Virus record (IMG/VR): IMGVR_UViG_3300037761_000410
Location: 1-60,382 of that record
DNA length: 60,382 nt
DNA from: a virus
Lineage: Duplodnaviria; Caudoviricetes
Reading direction: 5' to 3' (one strand)
Made by a program: the position numbers and the translations under genes. Positions 26,852-35,447 of this stretch are shown here, piece after piece. Each line of letters begins with the position of its first letter. Position 1 is the first letter of the stretch. The notes under the pieces were generated by a model. That model did no database searches, was not told where the DNA came from, and saw only the letters and a program-made list of their open reading frames with translations.

Positions 26852-28870
26852 TCACAGCGTCCTTACCGCGAGGCGGATGTTCCGGGCGGCGAGCTGCCCG
26901 AGAATGCCCTGTCCAGCGGCGGCACCGGTGACGCGCGCCTGCTCGGGGGTCGGGACGACCCCCTGGAATCCCACACTAACCGACCCAGGCCCGAAGGTGA
27001 TGTTGCTGACCGCGTTCTCGGTGGAGGTCCGCATGGCCGGGACCTCCATCTGGATGCCCTTGACCAGGTCCTGGATCAGGTGCCGGCCCCGGGTCAGCGC
27101 ATAGCCTTCACCGGAGAGCGGCCCCTCTTCGGCGGGAGAGCCAGGCAGGAAAGCGGTGATCTTGCTAACGACATTACCGGCAGTGTTTCCGAGCGCCCCG
27201 AACATGGACCTGATGCCGTCGATCAGGCCCTGGATCAGGCTCCGGCCTGCCTGGAACAGGAGATCCTTGAGGTTGCCAAGAGCATCTTTGATCCGCCCTG
27301 GGATGGACTTCGCGGTCTCGATGAGACTGGTAATTCGGTTGGTCACAGATTCCTGAAGTCCGCGCCAGCTTGCCTTCATCGATTCCACGGTTTCGAGAAG
27401 GAAGGTCTTCGCGGCCAGGCCGGCGGCGGAGATCCCGTCGAACCCTCCCGCGATCGTCTCGCCGAGCCAGGAGAAGAAGTCCCCGATCGCTGGACCGACC
27501 TCATTGACCAGGAAGTCGAAGAACGCCTGAACCGCACCGAGGAAGGTGAAGATGAGCAGAATGAGGCCGGAGGTCACGACCAGGATTCCGGTCAGTATGA
27601 CGAGAAACGCACGCATGCCCTTCTGGCCAGCCTCCGACTGAAAGAACTCGGCTAGCACGACGAACTCGCGTGCGAGGTCCTTGATGAGCTGGGTGCCGCC
27701 TTCCTTGTTCAGAGCGTCCATGAACGAGGCGACGAACTGGCTCGCGGCGAGCAGCAGGTCTCCGACAGCCTTCAGGGTCTCGTACATGTCGTCGAGCCAT
27801 TCCTGGAACTCGGGCGACTTCGAGATCTCCGTGAACCATTCGCCCAGCTTTTGAAGAACGCTGGCGAGCCCCCCGCCCAGTTTCTCGAAAAACGGCAGCG
27901 AGGCGTTGGCCAGGTCGATCCAACCGATCAGGAAGGCGGCGAACCCCGGACCAAACTTGTCCAGCCACCGAACCGTGGCCGGGATGATCTCATCGAGCAG
28001 CTTCTGGAACGAGGGGCTGGCGAAGACCAGGGCGAACGAGCGGGCGAACCGGCCCAACGCTGCCGCGAGGTCGCCCAGCTTGAACCCGAGCGTGGCCCCC
28101 AGGGCCGCTTGAAGCTCCGAGATGATCGGTCCAAGCTCCTTGAAGAACGCTTCCTGGGTGATGTCCCGCAGGTACTTGAACAGGTCCCGTAACGGCAGCA
28201 GGGTTTTGACGAACGCCTGCGCCGAAGGGGTCAGATCCTTGATCGCTTCATTTAGCTCTTTCGCATTCTTGGCCGCGAAAGCGCCACTGATGGCGGTGCC
28301 CATCCCTTTGAAAGCGAGCACCAGCACGCCGACCTGTAGCCCGACCGCGAGCAGCAGGGCCGGGATCGTGGTGAGCATCGCGACAAGGGCGTTGACCGCC
28401 TGCACCGCGGCCAGCACCAGGGCCACGATCACCCCGACCAGCAGGACGATGAACGGGATCAGGGCCGAGCGTCCGCTGACCCCGAAGCCGGCCCCGAAGG
28501 CGTCGCCCAGAGCCAGGCCCAGCTTGCGCCCGACGATATCGATCGGACCACCAGGGGAGATGGCCTCGCTCACGGCCCGGTGGATCTCCGACCCGACCCG
28601 GTCCACGTCGTAGTCCAGGTCGACGTCGACCTTCTGGCGGACCCTGATCGGGCGTGCCCTGATGTCCTCCTGGAGGCGCCGGCCGAAGTCCCGGCCATGG
28701 CGGCCGAACTCGGCGGAGGCGGAGTCGGCCATCGACTCCCCGATCGCCTCCCCGGCGTCCTTGAACTCCCGGTCCGCGTCCCGTTCGATCTTGCCGGCCT
28801 CGCGCGCCAAGTCACGGTCGAGCGGATCCATGTTTCCATGGATGTCGACATAGGCGTCACCGATAGCCAT
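26852..28870 (-). CDS. Tape measure protein
   Basis: IGDAYV start, Ala/Leu helical repeats, AG..LIQGLIDGI, PGSPA.EGPLSG. Confidence 0.85.
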   Translation of the reverse strand: MAIGDAYVDIHGNMDPLDRDLAREAGKIERDADREFKDAGEAIGESMADSASAEFGRHGRDFGRRLQEDIRARPIRVRQKVDVDLDYDVDRVGSEIHRAVSEAISPGGPIDIVGRKLGLALGDAFGAGFGVSGRSALIPFIVLLVGVIVALVLAAVQAVNALVAMLTTIPALLLAVGLQVGVLVLAFKGMGTAISGAFAAKNAKELNEAIKDLTPSAQAFVKTLLPLRDLFKYLRDITQEAFFKELGPIISELQAALGATLGFKLGDLAAALGRFARSFALVFASPSFQKLLDEIIPATVRWLDKFGPGFAAFLIGWIDLANASLPFFEKLGGGLASVLQKLGEWFTEISKSPEFQEWLDDMYETLKAVGDLLLAASQFVASFMDALNKEGGTQLIKDLAREFVVLAEFFQSEAGQKGMRAFLVILTGILVVTSGLILLIFTFLGAVQAFFDFLVNEVGPAIGDFFSWLGETIAGGFDGISAAGLAAKTFLLETVESMKASWRGLQESVTNRITSLIETAKSIPGRIKDALGNLKDLLFQAGRSLIQGLIDGIRSMFGALGNTAGNVVSKITAFLPGSPAEEGPLSGEGYALTRGRHLIQDLVKGIQMEVPAMRTSTENAVSNITFGPGSVSVGFQGVVPTPEQARVTGAAAGQGILGQLAARNIRLAVRTL

Positions 28871-28921
28871 ATCAGACCTTTCTGGGACAAGCCTCGCGAG
28901 CAGGATACGCGATCATGACCG

Positions 28922-29515
28922 TCACCTGGCCAGCGCCATGAACGCCGACGGGCTCATCTCCAGCTCCTCCTCCACCCGCTTCGCCTCGCTCGCCGGGGGC
29001 AGCTCCAGCTGGAGGGTGAACATGGTGGCCGACTCGGGCTCGATGCGACGCAGGATCGTCACCAGCAGCACGTCCAGCCAGCCCGACAGTGACACCCGGG
29101 TGGCGTCCACCTGGCGCAGCATCTCCGGCCCCAGCACCGCCCAGCCGTTGCGGGCCGCGGCCACCAGCCGCATCGTCACCCACCACGGCCGTGCGCCCAC
29201 CAGGCCCACCACGTCGAGGAAGATCTGGTCCAGCTCGTCCAGGCTGACCAGCTCGTCGAACAGGAAGTCCTCGACCTGGTCCGCCTCCTCCTGGGACAGC
29301 AGGCCGGGGAAGACGTCCTCCGGGTCGAGCGGGTCGGCCATGAGCACGCCCAGCCAGTCCGCGGCCGGCAGGGCCGGGATCTCCACGGTGGTCCCGGCCA
29401 GGTCGACCGCCACCGGCCACGGCTGGAGCGACCAGACCGGCTCGGTGACCAGCCTGGGGACCGCGACGGCGGGGACCTGGGGCAGGTCAGGGGCGCCGCT
29501 TGGGCGGGCGGCCAC
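28922..29515 (-). CDS. Tail assembly chaperone, second ORF (gpT-like)
   Basis: Directly upstream of tape measure; overlaps first chaperone ORF in +1 frame. Confidence 0.65.
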   Translation of the reverse strand: MAARPSGAPDLPQVPAVAVPRLVTEPVWSLQPWPVAVDLAGTTVEIPALPAADWLGVLMADPLDPEDVFPGLLSQEEADQVEDFLFDELVSLDELDQIFLDVVGLVGARPWWVTMRLVAAARNGWAVLGPEMLRQVDATRVSLSGWLDVLLVTILRRIEPESATMFTLQLELPPASEAKRVEEELEMSPSAFMALAR

Positions 29516-29828
29516 GGCGCACCTGGACCTTCTGCTCGCCGGCGTCCGCGAACGCCTTGAGGATCGGGAGCATGTCCGCCAGCTCCAACTCGCGGGCCAC
29601 GGTCAGGTCCATCAGATATTCCCGGTCCGCCTCCTCGACCACCGCCGACTCCAGAATGTCGAGCACCCGGCCGATGGCGTCCCACTTGCGACGGGCCTCG
29701 ATGGTGTCCTTCTGGAGCAGGCGGCCCTCGCGTGAGGCCAGGGTCAGCTGCGCGTCGGTCAGGCGCCGCACCGCGATCTCGCGACCCTTGATGGTCACGG
29801 TTCGTTTTTCATCGATGACTTGAGTCAT
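29487..29828 (-). CDS. Tail assembly chaperone (gpG-like)
   Basis: Synteny; ends CGC-CCC-TGA. Confidence 0.65.
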   Translation of the reverse strand: MTQVIDEKRTVTIKGREIAVRRLTDAQLTLASREGRLLQKDTIEARRKWDAIGRVLDILESAVVEEADREYLMDLTVARELELADMLPILKAFADAGEQKVQVRRGRPPKRRP

Positions 29829-29837
29829 ACGCGCATT

Positions 29838-30269
29838 TTATAGGGAAATCTCCCGGACGCGCATATTGTGCCGCCGGGCCGCTGCCCGGAGCGGTTTCTC
29901 CAGCCATCGTTTTCCCTGCATGCCGGGATGGGAGACGGCGTCGAGGTGCACGGTCCGGCCGACCTTGCGCCAGAAGAACTTGAGCTTGCCGCCCACTCGC
30001 CGGGGCAGGATGAGATGCGGCCGGGCGCCGCGCTCAGCCGCCCTGGCGTGGGCTAGTCGCGAGCCGACCCGGCCCCACACCCGGTCCGGCGTGACGTACG
30101 GCCCGTCCGAGCGGACGCTCGCAGCCAGCCGGCCGGTGACGTACTCACCGTGGGCCGCCTCCACCTTCGCACCGGCCTCGACCTCACGCATCACCTTGGC
30201 GACGAACTCGCGGGCGATCCCGCGGGTCACGCGGAACGCCTCCGCCCGGTGGATGACGAACCGGGCCAT
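29838..30269 (-). CDS. Tail completion / HK97 gp10-like protein
   Basis: TGRLAASV, GARPH.I.P...LKFFW, V.HPG. Confidence 0.7.
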   Translation of the reverse strand: MARFVIHRAEAFRVTRGIAREFVAKVMREVEAGAKVEAAHGEYVTGRLAASVRSDGPYVTPDRVWGRVGSRLAHARAAERGARPHLILPRRVGGKLKFFWRKVGRTVHLDAVSHPGMQGKRWLEKPLRAAARRHNMRVREISL

Positions 30270-30817
30270 CAGCAGTCACAGTTGGGGAACTGGACCGTCA
30301 CAGTGAAGTATCTCTCTACGCAACCGCCCTGCGGGCTGGTCTGCACCTGGCGCTCCATCACGATCGACATCCCCAGCAGGGCGCCCTCCTGCGCGCGCAC
30401 CCAGGTACGGAAGCAGCACAGGGTCCGGCGCAGCGCCCACGAGTCTTCCATGTTCTGGGCCGCGGCCGTGCCCCAGTCGTCGCACGTGGGCGGGGACACC
30501 CCGTCCTGGGCCACCACCGGGGCGCACCTGACGATCCCGGCCCGGAACCCCTGCGCCCAGGTGGGCGGGGCGCAGGACGCCTCGGCCTGACGCACGATAT
30601 CCTGCTCCGGGAAGGACGCCGAAGACGGGTAGGTGTCGCCCAGGGCGACGTAGGCCAACCCTTCGCAGCACAGGTCCGCGAACGGTCCCAGGTCGTGGGC
30701 CACCTCCAGCCCGACCCGGTAGCAGCAGTGTTGCGGCGGGTCGGTGAGCCCGGCCACGTTGACGCACAGGCAGTTGAGCAGCGCCGCGGCGAGGGCGGGG
30801 ACGAAGGGGTCGCTCAT
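30269..30817 (-). CDS. Tail terminator-like protein
   Basis: Synteny; RCAP, PQGGC; Cys-rich. Confidence 0.6.
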   Translation of the reverse strand: MSDPFVPALAAALLNCLCVNVAGLTDPPQHCCYRVGLEVAHDLGPFADLCCEGLAYVALGDTYPSSASFPEQDIVRQAEASCAPPTWAQGFRAGIVRCAPVVAQDGVSPPTCDDWGTAAAQNMEDSWALRRTLCCFRTWVRAQEGALLGMSIVMERQVQTSPQGGCVERYFTVTVQFPNCDC

Positions 30818-31620
30818 GGGATGGTCGTCGATCTGATGACCGGCAGGTCGGGCGAGGCGATCTGCATCTGGGACGTCAACCCATACGGATTGAAGTTCTT
30901 AATGACCTGGTCGACGGTGGCGACCCCGGTGAGCCCGGCCACGATCAGCGCGCCGATGTCGGCCATGGTCACGTTGACGCCCTGCCGGGCGATGGAGGTG
31001 ACCCGCTGGGGCAGCCGGCACGGCGCCCCCGTGCAGCTCTTGACCCATTCGCAGGCCAGCTCGCCGGCCGCGGTGAGCAGCACGCTGGGCACCGGCAGGC
31101 CCCGGCTGTAGGCGACCGTGAACACGCCGGTGCCGGAGTCCACGTCGTAGTCCTGGCAGTCGGGCCAGCAGTCCCCGTCGGTCCGTACCAGCCACTGGCC
31201 GTTGTCGACCCGCCAGGCGTCGACGGGAATGATCTCCCCGTCGACGCTGACCCCGGTGGCTGGGATGGCACCCACCGGCCCCGGCAGCCACACCTCGCAG
31301 GTGGGGGCGCACGAGCAGCAGCCGAACCCGGCCCCGCAGGTGCCGCAGTTACGCCAGGTGCCGTTGAAGATGTAGGGCCGCCAGGTGCCCTCCGACCAGT
31401 AGAACCCGGCATTGCAGCCCTGGCACTGCTGCCCGCAGGGACGCACCGTGCGCTCGCACAGGCCGAACCGGCGTCCGGTGGCCGCCCACACGGTCAGCGC
31501 CCCGTACTCGGCCCCGGCCTGCTGAAGCTCGGCGCTGGTGGCCTCCCACTCGGGGCAGCAGGCCACGTTGACGTCCCAGTTGCAGGGTAGTGCGGGGGCC
31601 GGCGTGGTGAAGACCAGCAC
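30814..31620 (-). CDS. Head-to-tail adaptor
   Basis: TGRRFG.C..TVRPC, CRLPQRVTSIARQGV, NPYGL. Confidence 0.75.
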   Translation of the reverse strand: MLVFTTPAPALPCNWDVNVACCPEWEATSAELQQAGAEYGALTVWAATGRRFGLCERTVRPCGQQCQGCNAGFYWSEGTWRPYIFNGTWRNCGTCGAGFGCCSCAPTCEVWLPGPVGAIPATGVSVDGEIIPVDAWRVDNGQWLVRTDGDCWPDCQDYDVDSGTGVFTVAYSRGLPVPSVLLTAAGELACEWVKSCTGAPCRLPQRVTSIARQGVNVTMADIGALIVAGLTGVATVDQVIKNFNPYGLTSQMQIASPDLPVIRSTTIP

Positions 31621-31664
31621 GTCGACCCCCTTCCCGTGGGATCTTCATCCCACCGCGATCCTAG

Positions 31665-32378
31665 CTAGGGGGTGAGGGTGTACAGCGGCTGGCAGCCGCA
31701 GCTCGCGGTCGGTGGCGACTTTCTGGTGAGGAACATCCGGTGGTGCTGGGTCGAGCCGATCGCGGTGAGCAGCGCGATGTCGTTGTCCAGGGTCGCGGTC
31801 GCGTCGGACAGGTCGACGAAGTAGGGGCCAGTTCCCCACAGCGAGCCGCTCCTGGTCCGGGCGTTGACGACGAAGTTCGCCGCGCCGTTCTCCAGCGTGA
31901 CGTCACCGATGGTGCCTTCCACGATCCAGGGGAAGAGCACGTAGCCGAACTCGGTCCCGCCGGTGCAGGCCACGCCCGAGCCGGTGATGCGGGTCCAGCC
32001 TTCGAAGCCGAAGCTACTGGCCGCAGCCGAGCCTTCCTGGGTGCTGTAGCCGGTGGCCCGGGGCGAGTCCGCGTCGTCGTAGACGACCGGCTCGGCGGTG
32101 AGCATGTTGACCAGCTCGGGGTCGACGTTGCAGAACGTCAGCACCAGGTTGATCCATTTAAGTTGCGGCGGGGTGGTCTCCCGGACGCAGAAGACCCCGT
32201 CGCCGTTCTTGACGAAGAACTCTTCGCGGGCCTCGTACTCCTTGGTCATCGCGATGGAGATGATGCCGTCGGTGACCACCGTGGCGCAGGACCCGGTCAC
32301 CGGCTGGCCGCAGGAGACGTCGACCGTGGTGACCCGGACGCGCGGCACCTTGAAGGGGGTGTAACAGACAGCGGTCAT
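31665..32378 (-). CDS. Major tail protein
   Basis: RVT..D.CG, FC.VDPEL, Y.LFPW, WGTGPY. Confidence 0.75.
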   Translation of the reverse strand: MTAVCYTPFKVPRVRVTTVDVSCGQPVTGSCATVVTDGIISIAMTKEYEAREEFFVKNGDGVFCVRETTPPQLKWINLVLTFCNVDPELVNMLTAEPVVYDDADSPRATGYSTQEGSAAASSFGFEGWTRITGSGVACTGGTEFGYVLFPWIVEGTIGDVTLENGAANFVVNARTRSGSLWGTGPYFVDLSDATATLDNDIALLTAIGSTQHHRMFLTRKSPPTASCGCQPLYTLTP

Positions 32379-32415
32379 GATGGTTCCTTCGGCTCTCTAG
32401 GCGCGACTGTTCTCA

Positions 32416-33267
32416 TCAGGCACTACCGGCGGTGGTGCAGTTTCGGGTGACCTTGGTGACCCAGGCGCCGCATTCGATCGCGACCGCGTAGACACGTTCG
32501 GCGACCAGCGACAGCTGGTTGGTGGCGAGGTTCAGGACCTGCCCGGGGTCGGGGACGAAGACCTCCGGGTCCTGCCAGAGCAGCACCCGGCCAGTGGCAT
32601 ACATATATTCGTCGCCAGCTCCGACCGCCTCGCCGGCCGGCCCGGTGCCGTCGTAGCCCTGACCGAACACGTACGGGGTGCCCAGGCCGGTGGTGAACCG
32701 GCCGCGGGCCGGCTCGCGGACCAGGAACGAGGTGGACAGGTGCGCGTTCATTCCTGGCCGGGCGTGGATCATCCCCCCAGGCACGGCGTTGTCAGCCAGG
32801 GCCTGCTCCAGCACCTCGATGGCCTCGGTGACACAGCCAGACGCGCCAAGGTCGGTGGCCCCGCGCAGCAGGCCCTCCATGTTGCCGAACGCCCCGCCGA
32901 AGCCCTGCCAGAGCCGTTGCTCCACCCGACGCTGCTCGTGCAGGCTCAGCCGGGTCCGCACCCGGCGGGACGCCTCGTCGAAGCTGAACCCGACCGCCCC
33001 GCAGGTATAGGTGCTGATCACCGCGAATGGGGCGCCGGAGACCGGCGTCTCGATCCCGGTGAACTCCTTGGTGCCCGACACCGCCGGACAGTTGATCTCG
33101 TACAGGAAGGTGCTGTCGGTGCAGACGTCGGGCACGTAGAGCACGCCCGCGACCTGTCCTTCGGCACGTGGGAACGGCATCGGCCCCATCGCCACGTCGA
33201 ACAGCCCCGACGGCCTCGGCGGTGGTGGCGGCGGATCGATCAATACAGGTGCGCTGAACGTGGTCAC
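32416..33267 (-). CDS. Second capsid protein (pentamer-type)
   Basis: Follows major capsid; PF.V....C, E...VE..LW, TPYVFG.GY, AER.Y.V. Confidence 0.6.
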   Translation of the reverse strand: MTTFSAPVLIDPPPPPPRPSGLFDVAMGPMPFPRAEGQVAGVLYVPDVCTDSTFLYEINCPAVSGTKEFTGIETPVSGAPFAVISTYTCGAVGFSFDEASRRVRTRLSLHEQRRVEQRLWQGFGGAFGNMEGLLRGATDLGASGCVTEAIEVLEQALADNAVPGGMIHARPGMNAHLSTSFLVREPARGRFTTGLGTPYVFGQGYDGTGPAGEAVGAGDEYMYATGRVLLWQDPEVFVPDPGQVLNLATNQLSLVAERVYAVAIECGAWVTKVTRNCTTAGSA

Positions 33268-33296
33268 TCAGACCTTCCTCTCCCGGTGGACCCGGT

Positions 33297-33320
33297 GAGG
33301 GGCCAGTCGCCTGGCCCCTC
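33297..33320 (-). terminator. Hairpin after major capsid gene
   Basis: GAGGGGCCAG/CTGGCCCCTC stem. Confidence 0.45.
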
Positions 33321-33332
33321 GGTCGGATCGGT

Positions 33333-35087
33333 CTACGTCGGGCAGGTGATGGTCTGCTGGTTGCCGGTCCGGCCGCTCGGGCAGATCGGCACCGTGTACA
33401 CCCGGCTGACCGGGCACATCTGGAGCACGGCCCAGCCGGTCTCCGTGAACAGGTGGGTGACCTGGTTGGTGGCCAGCTTGGTCGAGTCGTACACCGAGTT
33501 CAGGGTGATGACGTCGCTGACCGCGCGCACCCAGGTCCCGGCCGGGTAGACCAGGAACTGGAGCGAGATCGGCAGGTTGTTGATCGGGGTGTCGGCGCCG
33601 GGATAGCCCGAGGCCGCGCAGTTGGCGAAGGCGTCCTGCCAGTCGTACACGAACTGGGGCCGGGCGCCCCGGCAGGTGAAGCCGGCCATGATCTCGCTGT
33701 CGGCCAGGCAGATCATCTTCGAGTAGTCGCCGCCGTTACGCCGGATCCAGTCGGCACGCATCTGCTCCAGGATCCAGTACGGCAGGACGACCTCAAGCGT
33801 CGCGGCGCGGGCCAGCCGTAGACGGTACTTGATGTCCACGATGGCCATGCCCACCGCGCTGAGCACCTGAGACACCACCGACACGTCGGTGGCCCACGGG
33901 GCCGCGGCGGACAGGTTGACCGCCACCGAGCCGGTCACCACCGCCGCGATCTGCTCGCGGTTGATCTGGTGCGCCGAGGCCGCGAGCGCGCCGCGCACGA
34001 ACGTGGCGGTGAACTCGGGGTAGCCGCGGTTGGCCAGGATGTTGCCGGTCAGGCAGAGCCCGGTGACGCCCAGGCGGGTGTCCACGAACTCGGGGCAGGG
34101 GATCTCCAGGCAGGTCTTGGTCGGGGAGCCGGCCGCGACCTGAGCTTCAGTGAGGTTGAAGTAGCCGGTCGGGTTGGGCGCCGCCTCGGTGCAGGTGCCG
34201 AAGATGGTGTCGAACTCCAGGCCGGTGTTGTGCCGGACCCCGCCCCGGCGGGCCTGGGCCTCGGGGGCGTCCCACATGCCGTCGGTGGTGATCTGGAGGC
34301 AGATGTCGTAGTCGGTCTCCGACGGGGCGCACCAGCCGGCCGCGGCCACCAGGGCGTCCATGCCGGGACCGCCTTCGGCCACCAGCTGCTTGTGGCGCAG
34401 GTCGCCGGAGGCGATGAGGCTGCCGCCGGGCAGGCGGCGTTCGTCGACCAGGGCCAGCAGCTTCTCGTAGTCGCCGCGGTCGCCGTTGACGCTGTACTCG
34501 TCCGGGTAGTCCCGGACGAGCTGCGCGACCGGGTACATGATCGGCCCGGTGCCCATCCCGGCCGACAGCCGGCCGTGGCTGGCCGAGCGGGCCTCGAACG
34601 CCTTGGCCACGTCGAGCAGGCTGGTCAGGTGCTGGCCGGCCTCATAGTTGGGCACGCCGGCGGCGGCGACCAGGGTGGACCTGGTGACGCGGGCCGGCAG
34701 GGCGGCGCGCTCGGGGGTCTGTCCCACGATGTCGGACACCCTGACCTGGATGACTGGGGTGGCAGAGGCGACGACCGGCTCCGGGTCGGCCGGGGGGGTC
34801 TCGGCTGCTGGCTCCTCGGTGGCTGGCGTCTCTTCGGCCGGCTCTTCCGGGGTGGCGGACAGTGCGTCGAGGCGGCTGGCGCGGGTCTTGATGGCCTTGA
34901 TGGCGGCCGGCCCGTCGGTGCGGACGAACTTCTGGAGGGTCTCCAGGTGGGCCAGGTCCTCGTCGCTGACGGTGGCCGCGTCGACGGTGGACATGAGGGT
35001 GCTGTACTCGGCCTCAGCCTCGGCCAGCAGGCCGGTCAGGCCGGAGACGGAGTAGACGTCCAGCTTCTCGGGAACCTTGAATCGCAT
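33333..35087 (-). CDS. Major capsid (hexamer-type) protein with N-terminal scaffold region
   Basis: LVAAAGWCAPSETDYD, RGYPE, QFVYDWQ, TLNSVYDS..L.TN. Confidence 0.8.
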   Translation of the reverse strand: MRFKVPEKLDVYSVSGLTGLLAEAEAEYSTLMSTVDAATVSDEDLAHLETLQKFVRTDGPAAIKAIKTRASRLDALSATPEEPAEETPATEEPAAETPPADPEPVVASATPVIQVRVSDIVGQTPERAALPARVTRSTLVAAAGVPNYEAGQHLTSLLDVAKAFEARSASHGRLSAGMGTGPIMYPVAQLVRDYPDEYSVNGDRGDYEKLLALVDERRLPGGSLIASGDLRHKQLVAEGGPGMDALVAAAGWCAPSETDYDICLQITTDGMWDAPEAQARRGGVRHNTGLEFDTIFGTCTEAAPNPTGYFNLTEAQVAAGSPTKTCLEIPCPEFVDTRLGVTGLCLTGNILANRGYPEFTATFVRGALAASAHQINREQIAAVVTGSVAVNLSAAAPWATDVSVVSQVLSAVGMAIVDIKYRLRLARAATLEVVLPYWILEQMRADWIRRNGGDYSKMICLADSEIMAGFTCRGARPQFVYDWQDAFANCAASGYPGADTPINNLPISLQFLVYPAGTWVRAVSDVITLNSVYDSTKLATNQVTHLFTETGWAVLQMCPVSRVYTVPICPSGRTGNQQTITCPT

Positions 35088-35204
35088 GACGAGGAAACCT
35101 CTCGGGGAGCGTGATGGGTATCGGCTCCCAGCGCGGCCCTCAGCTCTGCCGCTGGTGCACGTCGCGGCCCGAGGCCAGCCAACGTGATCAAGCGCAGTGT
35201 AGCA

Positions 35205-35447
35205 TCACGCTTTCTTTATCAGTGACTCCTCGGGATATGGCGCGCCATCGTCGGATTTCCATTGGATGTCGTGGTCGCCCTCGAACGGCTCGCGATGGTC
35301 GAACCGCATGGTGATGATCTCCTGAGGGATGCCGTCCGGGAACGCGGAACACTTCGGCGTGGGCCTGTCTTCGATTTCCCCGGAGGCTGCGAACGGGCTC
35401 CTAAAATGTGCGCACACGTCGCACTGCGACACCGCGCCGATCGTCAT
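35205..35447 (-). CDS. Small Cys protein (C..C.H...C.AFPDGIP...DH..P..GD)
   Basis: ATGA-coupled behind the ART/peptidase gene. Confidence 0.7.
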   Translation of the reverse strand: MTIGAVSQCDVCAHFRSPFAASGEIEDRPTPKCSAFPDGIPQEIITMRFDHREPFEGDHDIQWKSDDGAPYPEESLIKKA

